A stretch of 17,955 bases of DNA from Octopus sinensis (lineage: Eukaryota), in contig NW_021825093.1 of the NCBI RefSeq assembly GCF_006345805.1, forward strand, positions 1-17,955, given 5' to 3'. Of the stretch, positions 1-9,651 are shown piece by piece. The notes under the pieces are model-generated. The model was not told where the DNA came from and made no database searches. It worked only from the letters and a program-made list of their open reading frames with translations. Within the stretch, counting starts at the first letter, position 1. Each line of letters opens with the position of its first letter. Both the position numbers and the translations under genes were made by a program.

Positions 1-686
1 AGAACATGGTGCACAGTTACGAATACAAACAAGAAAATGACAAGTGTCTTTTGACTGAGAACGAATCAACTTGAGCTGGTGTGTATGAAGTGAAAGCCTA
101 AAAGACAGGAACATGGGAGATGGACATAAAAGGTGTTGGCGGTCGGTAGTCAGGCCAAGATAGAAAGATCATGGCTGGCCGGAGACTGGTCACGTGGAAG
201 GAGGAGAGATGGGTAGGGGACAGCGGGATTGAAGGAATAGAAAACATCAGAGACAGAGAGAAAGGTACAGTAGAGATAAACAAGTGGGAAATAGTGGAAG
301 TTAAAGAAAGAAAGGGCCAAGAAATGTGAGAGAGAAGGTGAGCGAGAAAAAGAAAAAGACGAAGAAAGTAAGAGGGGGACTAAAATTATATATTCCAAAT
401 ATAAAAGACAAAAAGAGGTTATCGTGTCTTTATCGTATCAATAATTGAGGTTTATTTTTGAGAACCGTTCTCCACAAGGGGGTTTTCGGAATAAGTCGTC
501 CATATTTGTTTCCTTTTCTCCGTTTTGTGGTTTTGTGCATCCGTACTGAAGCAACAAACAGGCAATGAAGGAAAATGAAGCCCTCACCAGAAAACTCGTT
601 ATGCTAGAAATAACAGCTAAATGTGTCTGGTACACAGAAATATGTTATTAAGACGAAATACCCTGCTAAAGTATTAAGTCACGAGC

Positions 687-778
687 AATGTTAATATGTG
701 ACAATTATTCAGTAGCCATGATAAAACTCCGAGTTTCGGATGCCGGGGTGGAAATCCACGCCGCCATCTCTTCAGTTA
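687..778 (-). mobile_element. Penelope-like pseudo-LTR fragment, copy 1 (direct repeat of 1833-1922)
   Basis: About 92 bp matches 1833-1922 with 2 substitutions and 2 single-base indels. It carries a hammerhead core on the minus strand. PLE assignment rests on the known association of PLE pLTRs with minimal hammerheads. Confidence 0.6.
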
Positions 779-779
779 C
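721..779 (-). ncRNA. Type I hammerhead ribozyme-like motif
   Basis: Minus strand reads GUAA-CUGAAGA-GAUG.G.CGG.C.GUGG.AUUU.CCAC.C.CCG.G.CAUC-C-GAAA-CUCGGAG-UU-UUAU. Stem II is a long hairpin, stem III is near-palindromic ACUC-G-GAGU, stem I has 4 bp, and the triplet is GUU at 727-725. There is one extra C before GAAA. Confidence 0.55.
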
Positions 780-1657
780 AGCTGTTTCTGTACCAACTCT
801 GGTTTCAACGCCAATTCATGCAAAAGGTCCACATGAAGAGTCACGTAATATTTGTGGTTTTAAACATTAAAGTGACATTTCTTCAGATTTGCATCAAAGG
901 TGCGATCTTACACTGTGCGTCTGCCAACCGTTGTGTTTTGTTTTGTCACAAGGGCTAAAGTTCGGGCTAAGTGCTGCAATAAAAAAAAAAACCTCATCTT
1001 TCTAGAACTGGGTGACCTTTGATAAAGAGGGCAGATAAGCTGCTGCTTGTTGTTGAGATACAAGGTGGGATTTGATTAATCCCTGCTGGATCATCTGGAT
1101 GAAGGGGGTTTGATGTTGAAAGGTCCCAAAATTTCCTGAGACCCAAAAAGCATCACTGCCGATGCATCCCAGAGCATCTCCAAAATGCACACACGCATAT
1201 ATGCATGCATACGTGCATACATACTTATATAGACATACCTCAACTTGCCTCGGCAATTGGTTTCAAGACAAGCGACTTAACTCGTAAAACGTTATAACAG
1301 GAAAAAACATTTAAAGTAACTTATGGGTGTTAGTAGCTGACTCCATGCCGTCAAAAATGACGGCTAATTGTAGTATTTTGTATATAAATAAAGTACAAAA
1401 TAAGGTACATACTAACCACAGATACAAACATTCATATACTTCGCTTGTACGCGTACACATACATACACATATACTCACACAGAGTTGAAACACTGACTTT
1501 TTTTCATCCCTTCCTTCTTTATTCATCTATCACCCCTTCCATTCTCTCACTGCTATTTCTTTCTCTCACTACCCTCTCAGTCAGGTTATTACTTAACTCA
1601 CTCTTCTCCTTCACTGATTACTATTTTCTCTCCTCCTCTGCGCCCGGCTGATTATGG

Positions 1658-1664
<7 letters not shown>

Positions 1665-1755
<91 letters not shown>
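1665..1755. repeat. (TA)n microsatellite
   Basis: Direct reading. Confidence 0.97.
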
Positions 1756-1756
<1 letters not shown>

Positions 1757-1832
1757 TATATTGATAAAAATAGTAAAAACACAAAAGAAATAAAGTGACC
1801 TCGATATTATGTAAATAGAGAATTTATCTGTA

Positions 1833-1926
1833 AATGTAATATGTGACAATTATTCGGTAGCCATGATAAAACTCCGAGTTTCGGATGCCGGGTGGAAATC
1901 CACGCCGTCATCTCTTCAGTTATATG
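1833..1926 (-). mobile_element. Penelope-like pseudo-LTR fragment, copy 2
   Basis: Near-identical to 687-778 in the same orientation; contains a hammerhead core. Confidence 0.6.
1862..1926 (-). ncRNA. Type I hammerhead ribozyme-like motif (best-formed in window)
   Basis: Minus strand reads CAUAUAA-CUGAAGA-GAUG...CAUC-C-GAAA-CUCGGAG-UU-UUAUCAUG. Stem I is 7 bp with one bulged C (CAU.AUAA / UUAU.C.AUG). GUU triplet at 1872-1870. Confidence 0.65.
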
Positions 1927-2159
1927 AACACACTCACACACGTCATTTTTCATGGTTATACGTATAAACTCTTCACCTGGAGAACTACTCCTAACTATAT
2001 TACTTGTATATTTTCCAATAAATTGCATTAACTGATATTACTGGAGTAGTCTCCCCTGCTTATTATTCTTCAGATTTTAAGTACCGTTGAAAGAGTTATG
2101 CGTGTGTATTAAACAAACTCTTATTTTATTCTAATCGCGCACACACACGTATATATACA

Positions 2160-2476
2160 CGAATATATATATCCATATATCTATCAACCTACCTATCTAC
2201 CTATCTATCTATCTACGTATGTATTTATATATCTATCTATCTATCTATTTATCTATCTATCGAGAAAAAAAATTAGCTCAATTTTATTTACTGCATATGT
2301 GTGTATATGTGTGTGTTTATGTGTTTGCCTGTGTGTGTACCTCTCCATAACCAAGATTTGGTTTTAGTTACGTGTGTACTAGTCAAAGTACATGACTATA
2401 TTCACAAGTGTATATCTAGCAAACCAACGTTTTATTACCTCCTTCTTAGTCTCTCTCGATCTTTCTCTCTCTCTCT

Positions 2477-2510
<34 letters not shown>

Positions 2511-2765
2511 CCTCTCTCAGTACCTCTTTTTTACACTCCTTCCCTCTCTTTTGTCTCGCTCTGCAATCTCTCTTTCACCACATCAATCACCTTTTTACCA
2601 CTTTTTCTATCTGGCTTATCTTTATTCACACGCAGACCTGATCGTAGCCACTCAATCTCACACAAACGTACCGGCATGGTATGTGTACGTATATGTGTAT
2701 TTGTGCGTGAGTGCGTGTATGCGTGTATGCGTGTATGTGCTTAATGTGTGCTCACGCCAGTGCGT

Positions 2766-2796
<31 letters not shown>

Positions 2797-2820
2797 GTGG
2801 GGGTTATGTGCTATGTATGA
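2160..2820. repeat. Compound microsatellite block: (TATC)n, (CT)n, (GT)n/(GTAT)n
   Basis: Direct reading; explains ORFs 2301-2744 and 2392-2820. Confidence 0.9.
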
Positions 2821-3562
2821 AATTGCGTGTAAAGTGAACTGGTGAGTGAAATATGTGAGAGCAAGTGACGGAGGAAACGGGTGTTTAGAGCATAAGGACA
2901 AGAAAGAACCTTCTTATCTTTGCTATATGGAGTTATGGAAGAGCAAAAAAAAAAAAAACAGAATCGTTGAGTGAATAAAAATATAAATGGGAATATAAAA
3001 GAAATTCTATAGACAAATGCAAAGCCATAAGGAATCCTGACACTTTACAACTAAGCAATGCCAACGTGATATTTCGCGCCTTGGAAAAATTACTTCGTGC
3101 TTTTATTGGTGTTTTCTATAATATTTTTCATGTTTTGCTTTTTATTTCACAAAATGGAGATTCTTGCGGCTTTTCAGAAATAGTTTTACACTCATTGGTT
3201 AAGAACGAGAGTAAGGTAAAATGAAAAAAAAAAAAGAGACAAAAAACAATGAAATTAAAGAAATAGGAGTGACTTAAATAGGAGGAGGTGATGGAGGAGA
3301 AGGTGGTTTTGTACTTCTTTTATACTAAATAATTTAAGAATTTTTCGACATATATAGAACACGAATTTTGGTGGTGGTGGTAGGTGTAGAGATATTTTCC
3401 TTCTTGTTTTTCTTTTAATTTAGGAAAGAAATGATTCATCTCTTACAATTTAGACACTCTAAACGATTTTTCTTTAAAGCAAATACACAACAATACAAAT
3501 AGGCGTACTTATATCCACTCAAAAATTTGCAGAGAAATACATAGAGAGAGAGAGAGACTATA

Positions 3563-3603
3563 TTTCGCTGAAGAGGTCTAACAATACCGAAACATGACCG
3601 GAG
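3563..3603 (+). ncRNA. Degenerate minimal hammerhead-like motif (probably inactive)
   Basis: UUUCG-CUGAAGA-GGU.CUAACAAU.ACC-GAAA-CAUG-A-C-CGGAG. Stem II GGU/ACC and stem I UUUCG/CGGAG pair. Stem III would be the palindrome ACAUGU, but U16.1 is A (GAC instead of GUC). Confidence 0.5.
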
Positions 3604-3891
3604 TTATCTCCCTGAGTATTAATCACAGTTCTCTCTAAGGGTGCTGTCATAATCAAGTACCATTTCTTGACTTATTAAAACTATTTCAGTACGCACTTTA
3701 TTTTAAAAATTTCTCGTACAAGACGTTCCTGGGCAGATCTCCACAGTTATTACATGTGGGTTTGACTTTTTTTTTGCAAGCAACGAAAGAAGCAAATGGA
3801 AAACAAGACAAGCAACACAAGGGACGACCCTTCATAAGCTGTCAGCTGTTTTTCTAATCCGTATTTTGAGCAATCCTCGACATATATATAT

Positions 3892-4026
3892 AGTGTTGCC
3901 ATGTAGATTCATTGTCGGATAAAACATCGCTTTTCCAGAACCTTTAATTCCAAAGCCTTTCGAGATTCTAAATTTCCCTCATCTGGGTGGTCACCTTGGA
4001 TAACACACTAAATTGAACAAATCTCA
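3892..4026 (-). repeat. Left arm of 135 bp inverted repeat (partner 6848-6983); degenerate hammerhead core at 3950-3987
   Basis: Reverse complement of 6848-6983 with about 2 substitutions and 1 indel. Minus strand has CC-CAGAUGA-GGGA...UCUC-GAAA-GGCUU-U-GG (CUGAUGA with U4>A). Confidence 0.9.
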
Positions 4027-4044
4027 TATATATAATAGATATAC

Positions 4045-4128
<84 letters not shown>

Positions 4129-4210
4129 ATATATGTATGTATGTATGTATGTATGTAGGTATGTATGTATGTATGTTGTAATGTATGTATGTATGTATAT
4201 TTATATATAG

Positions 4211-4298
4211 TTCGGAATATGGATATGTCGAGAGCCTCTTTGAGGTCTGTCAGCCTGCTGAAGATAACAAGCAAAGTGGGGGAGATATATGAAATGAT
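4211..4298 (+). CDS. Candidate 88 nt internal exon, unknown product (xRNMDMSRASLRSVSLLKITSKVGEIYEMx)
   Basis: Preceded by tttatatatAG and followed by a consensus donor AT|GTAAGT. Only one frame is open (phase 1 in, phase 2 out). No family recognised and the acceptor is weak. Confidence 0.25.
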
Positions 4299-4336
4299 GT
4301 AAGTCCAAGAAAGAATAAGTCGAAAGGAAAAGTTGT

Positions 4337-4431
4337 GATGATTGGGGATGGAATGCCTTTGATCTTATATCTCCTCAATCAGAGCTGATCAGGAGCTAAA
4401 CAGCAACATTAACAACAACAACATCAACAAT
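4337..4431 (+). mobile_element. Short dispersed retroposon 3' end with (AAC)n tail
   Basis: Similar to the reverse complements of 7992-8073 and 14390-14455 (shared TTTAGCYCC..TCAGC.CTGAT...ATCAAAGGCATTCC core); ends in AAC repeats. Confidence 0.6.
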
Positions 4432-4935
4432 AAAGTAATAATACAGTTAGATGAACGATATAAAAACGAACTAACGACAAATTGGCCGTATAATCGATAA
4501 GGCAGATAAAAACAAGCCAAATCTGCCCTGAATTCTTAATCTACCGTCTTAAAACTCTAAAGGATACCTTGAGGGATCTAGTGTTAGAGACAATGTATCC
4601 TATTGCTCTCCTGGAGCCAAACAGCAACAACCTATAGAGAATGTGCAGAAGCCAATGAAAGAGCATTTACGTGGCCACTCACCCTACTAGAAATAGCAAA
4701 TCAATATTCCTCAAATTTTTACCCTTCTATTTTAAAAAACGAAGGACGTATTTGATGATGTAGTTACGGATGCACTGTGCTTTTAAAAAGATGTGATTAT
4801 CACCTTTGGATTGTCTGAAGCTAAACATTAAAAAAACATGCTAAGTGTATTAGATGCACTTGATGCATATTGACCACTGCACAAATGAATAAGTTACTAA
4901 AACCTCAACAGAACAACATGCATTACATTCAAGCA

Positions 4936-5185
4936 CTGCATCTAATCTCGCACCTTGTCATTGTACACAATTACTGTATTGAAATACAGCATCTAATCAT
5001 CGCATCTAATTATTTGACCTAATTACCACACCTAATAATAGCACCGAATTAATGCACCTGATCATTTCAACAAAAAACACTGCACCTCTCATTGCGCCCA
5101 AATATTGCGACTAATTAATGCACCTAAATATTGCACACAAGCATTGCCCTTCATTATTATTACACACAGTAATTGCATTCAATCC
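4936..5185. repeat. Degenerate 13 bp minisatellite, consensus about TTGCACCTAATYA
   Basis: Successive units include tcgcatctaatta, tttgacctaatta, ccacacctaataa, tagcaccgaatta, atgcacctgatca, ttgcgcccaaata, ttgcgactaatta, atgcacctaaata, ttgcacacaagca, ttgcccttcatta. Confidence 0.75.
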
Positions 5186-5226
5186 AGTACTTATTTTGAA
5201 GCCTGTTACTTTTCTGAACGGCCACA

Positions 5227-5310
5227 TTTGCCGAACTGCTAATTTATGGGGACGTAAACACACCATCACCGTTTTCAATCAGTGGTGAGGGACAGACACA
5301 GACACACACA
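5227..5310 (-). mobile_element. SINE family 1, central fragment (duplicate of 6477-6560, head missing)
   Basis: Reverse complement of the GTGTTTACGTCCCC..AACTTAGC.GTTCGGCAAA core also seen at 10840-10876 and 14707-14745. Confidence 0.8.
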
Positions 5311-5355
5311 TACATACATATATACTTGCACACACACACATATTATCTATATATA

Positions 5356-5424
<69 letters not shown>

Positions 5425-5468
5425 TGTATGTATGTATGTATGTATGTATGTATGTATATTTATTATAG

Positions 5469-5556
5469 TTCGGAATATGGATATGTCGAGAGCCTCTTTG
5501 AGGTCTGTCAGCCTGCTGAAGATAACAAGCAAAGTGGGGGAGATATATGAAATGAT
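5469..5556 (+). CDS. Identical duplicate of candidate exon 4211-4298
   Basis: 88/88 identical; ttattatAG acceptor and GTAAGT donor. Confidence 0.2.
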
Positions 5557-5593
5557 GTAAGTCCAAGAAAGAAAAGTCGAAAGGAAAAGTTGT

Positions 5594-5687
5594 GATGATT
5601 GGGGATGGAATGCCGTTGATCTTATATCTCCTCAATCAGAGCTATCAGGAGCTAAACAGCAACATTAACAACAACAACATCAACAAT
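5594..5687 (+). mobile_element. (AAC)n-tailed short repeat, duplicated copy
   Basis: Counterpart of 4337-4431 within the duplication. Confidence 0.6.
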
Positions 5688-6186
5688 AAAGTAATAATAC
5701 AGTTAGATGAACGATATAAAAACGAACTAACGACAAATTGGCCGTATAATCGATAAGGCAGATAAAAAAAGCCAAATCTGCCCTGAATTCTTAATCTACC
5801 GTTAAAACACTAAAGGATACCTTGAGGATCTAGTGTAGAGACAATGTATCCTATTGCTCTCCTGGAGCCAAACAAGCAACAACCTATAGAGAATGTCAGA
5901 AGCCAATGAAAGAGCATTTACGTGGCCACTCACCCTACTAGAAATAGCAAATCAATATCCTCAAAGTTTTTACCCTTCTATTTTAAAAAAGAAGGACGTA
6001 TTTGATGATGTAGTTACGGATGCACTGTGCTTTTAAAAAGATGTGATTATCACCTTTGGATTGTCTGAAGCTAAACATTAAAAAAACATGCTAAGTGTAT
6101 TAGATGCACTTGATGCATATTGACCACTGCACAAATGAATAAGTTACTAAAACCTCAACAGAACAAACATGCATTACATTCAAGCA

Positions 6187-6435
6187 CTGCATCTAATCTT
6201 CGCACCTTGTCATTGTACACAATTACTGTATTGAAATACAGCATCTAATCATCGCATCTAATTATTTGACCTAATTACCACACCTAATAATAGCACCGAA
6301 TTAATGCACCTGATCATTTCACAAAAACACTGCACCTCTCATTGCGCCCAAATATTGCGACTAATTAATGCACCTAAATATTGCACACAAGCATTGCCCT
6401 TCATTATTATTACACACAGTAATTGCATTCAATCC
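6187..6435. repeat. Degenerate 13 bp minisatellite, duplicated copy
   Basis: Counterpart of 4936-5185. Confidence 0.75.
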
Positions 6436-6476
6436 AGTACTTATTTTGAAGCCTGATACTTTTCTGAACGGCCACA

Positions 6477-6588
6477 TTTGCCGAACTGCTAATTTATGGG
6501 GACGTAAACACACCATCACCGGTTTTCAATCAGTGGTGAGGGACAGACACAGACACACACATACATACATATATACTTGCACACACAC

Positions 6589-6629
<41 letters not shown>

Positions 6630-6835
6630 GTGTGTGTGTGTGTGTGTGTATACACACACACACATATGTATATACGACGACGGGCTTCTTTCAGTTTCCG
6701 TCGATCAAATCCACTTACAAGGCTTTGGTCAGTCCGAGACTATAGCAGAAGACACTTACCTAAGGTACCACGCAGTGGAACTGAACTCAGAACATGTGTT
6801 TGAAATGGAAAACTCCTACCACCCAGCCACGCCTG
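6477..6835 (-). mobile_element. SINE family 1 (tRNA head, central microsatellite, 3'-truncated)
   Basis: Minus-strand head AGGCGTGGCTGGGTGGT (A-box-like) and GAGTTCAGTTCC (B-box-like), then the shared body, a TA/TG tract and the conserved core. Confidence 0.85.
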
Positions 6836-6847
6836 TTTAAAACTATT

Positions 6848-6983
6848 TGAGATTTGTTCAATTTAGTGTGTTATCCAAGGTGACCACCCCAAATGAGGGA
6901 AATTTAGAATCTCGAAAGGCTTTGGAATTAAAGGTTCTGGAAAAGCGATGTTTTATCCGACAATGAGTCTACATGGCAACACT
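6848..6983 (+). repeat. Right arm of 135 bp inverted repeat; degenerate hammerhead core at 6888-6925
   Basis: Reverse complement of 3892-4026. Core reads CAAAUGA-GGGA...UCUC-GAAA-GGCUUUGG (two core mismatches). Confidence 0.9.
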
Positions 6984-7991
6984 GCCAATAAATTTGCAAG
7001 AAATAACAGCGAAATCTCCCCCAGATCTCACTGTACGACCTTTTTAAAAGCAGAAAAACACGTAGGACAATGTAGTCATAGACCTAGACGAAAATAATAG
7101 ATGGCAGAGCCATGGATGGAAAGTTTTCCATCTTATCAGACCTGAGATTATACAGTAGCATCTTCAACATCAATAATAACAAGAACAACAACAGTAATGG
7201 CAGCACATCTACTTCATAGAATTCGGATTCACTGCACAAACAGAACCTAGTGGATTAGTCATAGAATGGATATAATACGAAGTGAAGATAAAATACAAAA
7301 TACAACACACATATTGCACATCATAATAACAAACTAGCATCAGATACCATGGGCAAACTATTCCTTGGTGGCTGAAATAAATCTAACGACAATGGTGAAA
7401 ACAATTCCAAGTTTGTCAATAAACAACATCGTTTACTATGATTCACGCCTCCCATAAAACTGCAATAACAAGCGCTACAAAATAATTTTATCCAATAGAT
7501 AAGATTGGGAAGAACTTAAAATGTCGATAGACTTCAGAAATTTATTGTTCCAAACAAAATATAAAAAGTAATAAAGGAGGAATATGAAAAAATCCAGTTC
7601 TGATCACGTGTTTTTTTTTTGTCTTTATTTTGTTTTTTTTTTCTTTGTCTTTATTTTGTTTCTGTAAAGTCTTCCATATTTCTTTCTTATATTTCTTCGC
7701 ATTTTATTCTGAATCCTATATTTCGGTGGGATATACAGACGCTTTTGCGATTTCGTTTTAATCTTCTGGATAAAATGATTATATACAATGATAATAATGT
7801 AAATGGGAGAGGGGTTAATGGTGTGTACGTGTGTGTATGTGTGTGTATGGCGGTATGTATGAGGGATAATGTGTAAGGAGTTGATGGCGGAATACATAAC
7901 ACCACAAAATAGAGGAATTGATAAAAAGAACGCCTGAGAATCACCGATGTAGATTATTCATTTTTAACAATAAACATAGTTGCTTTTGCAT

Positions 7992-8073
7992 TTGTTGTTG
8001 TTGTTTAACCCCAGTCAACTGTGCGTGAGCAATTTAAAGATAAAGTCTTCCAACTGTGACTATCCGTCGTTTT
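7992..8073 (-). mobile_element. (AAC)n-tailed short repeat, diverged copy
   Basis: (GTT)n followed by GTTTAACCCCAGTCA...GATAAAGTCTTCCA, similar to the reverse complement of 4337-4431. Confidence 0.5.
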
Positions 8074-8126
8074 CTATATGAGTAACTACATTCTCTAACG
8101 TAGTCCATTTTTGGAAGCACATATTC

Positions 8127-8271
8127 AGGCATCGTTGTGCGGTAAAGAAGTTCTCTTCGCACCTACATGGTCTCGGGTTCAAACTCACCGTGAAGCATCT
8201 GGAGCAAATGTTTTCTACAATAGACCAAGCAAACCAACGCCTTCGCGGAAACTGTGTAGATTCCCGCCGTA

Positions 8272-8272
<1 letters not shown>
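8127..8272 (+). mobile_element. SINE family 1, 5' half (ends in (TA)n)
   Basis: GGCATCGTTGTGCGGT...GGGTTCAAACTC B-box region; aligns with the heads at 14459 and 6835 (reverse complement). Confidence 0.75.
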
Positions 8273-8344
<72 letters not shown>

Positions 8345-8946
8345 ATACATTTACATACACACACACGTGCATGTATATGTATATATATATATATATATAT
8401 ATGTATTTATGACCAGGTCTTATCAAACCCGAAAATGATGGAATTCGATGATCAAAGCGGGTTTTGACATCAGAAAGCAAAGGCATAATATTAAATAAGG
8501 GCCTTCATTTACTTCATTACTCTGACATTTGCTTCTCCTCCTCCATCGCTTACCACTCGATTTCTTGCGTTGCTTCACCATTAAGAAAGGCACAAGCGAT
8601 ATACATCAAGCGAAATAGCTTAACCTTAAAATTCGACCATCAAGGTGGGTTAACGGCTATTTATGATGCTGGCTTACTAAGAAGAAGAATGTTCATAATT
8701 ATATATATTGTGGCAGATTTATCGAAATTATCAGAATAACGGCAACACGTTATATTTACAATAAGGTTTAAAGAAAATGCATTCTGCATGCTTAATAAAA
8801 AAAGATACTGTAAGTTCTCAGATATGTGGTTGCGATGATTTGATTATCTGAGATGATCCAAACTGTTCAAAGACTAGATCTATGTCGTATGAAGGCATAA
8901 AATTTAAACGCGTCAAGTAAGTCAGATGAATCTGATGAGTTCAGAG

Positions 8947-9309
8947 AGCGTGGTTGTATGGTTAAGAGGTTCGCTTTCCAGCCATGCGGTTTCGGATTCA
9001 GTCCCTCTGCATGCCACCTTGGGCAAGTAGCCTCGAGTCGACCAATAACTTATGAATGAATGTGGACGTAAAGTATGTGGAAGTCTGTCGCATGTGTGTG
9101 TGTGTGTATATGTATGTGCGTGTCCGTGTATGTGTGTGTGTTCGTGTATGTGTGTGTGTGAGTGTGTGTGTGTTTGTCCCCACTTCCACCGCTTGATAAC
9201 CGGTGTTGGTGTTTTTATGTTCCCGCTGATTCATCCGATTAAAAACTTTTCAGGGTGGCACCCCAACACGGCCGCAGTCTAATTACTAAAGCAAATATGA
9301 TATAAAAGA
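8947..9309 (+). mobile_element. SINE family 1, near full-length with internal deletions
   Basis: GTGGTTGTATGGT A-box-like, GGATTCAGTCCC B-box-like, CCTTGGGCAAG motif, central (GT)n, 3' GGTGG..CCC..CA.GGCCGCAGTC tail. Confidence 0.8.
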
Positions 9310-9512
9310 CGTAAATACACACATTTATACATATAGACACATACATTCATATACACACACTCACACATACATATGCACATATATACACACACATATATAT
9401 ACACATGCGTACATATGTACACAAACACATACATTCCATATATATAATATAATATTATTATATATATATATATATATTATATATATATATATATTAGTGT
9501 GTGGTTATATAT

Positions 9513-9559
<47 letters not shown>

Positions 9560-9651
9560 TATTTGTGTATGCGTGTATGTGTATTTGCGTGTGTGCATGC
9601 GTGCGTGCATGTGTGATGTCTGCCATATTTATTCTTAATGCGTTCCGACAG

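Larger units (their letters stand above)
4085..5340. repeat. Tandem duplication unit 1 (~1.25 kb)
   Basis: 4207-5338 aligns end to end with 5465-6589 (offset 1259 falling to 1251). Boundaries lie in (TA)n(TG)n tracts and are approximate. Confidence 0.95.
5345..6590. repeat. Tandem duplication unit 2
   Basis: Near-identical to unit 1; differences are mostly 1-2 nt indels. Confidence 0.95.

Noticed and set aside
3-74. Plus-strand NMVHSYEYKQENDKCLLTENEST* as a PAN/apple domain end
   Set aside because: Too short, truncated by the window edge, and lacks the preceding Cys.
2042-2058. GGAGTAGTCTCCCCTG similar to GGAGTTATCTCCCTG at 3600-3614
   Set aside because: About 15 bp of imperfect similarity with no adjacent hammerhead core.
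2836-2847. Perfect donor CTG|GTGAGT
   Set aside because: No plausible upstream acceptor or exon; preceded by (GT)n.
4203-4259. Minus-strand exon RLTDLKEALDISIFRT after a strong acceptor
   Set aside because: No GT donor before the frame enters the microsatellite.
4936-5185. CRISPR-like array
   Set aside because: Contiguous 13 bp degenerate units without spacers, in a eukaryotic context with no cas genes.
8423-8467. Imperfect inverted repeat TCAAACCCG...CGGGTTTTGA
   Set aside because: Short, with a bulge and a long spacer; plausible by chance.
8884-8917. CGTATGA...AAACGCGTC as another hammerhead
   Set aside because: Has the palindromic ACGCGU-C but two core mismatches, no G12, and no convincing stem I or II.
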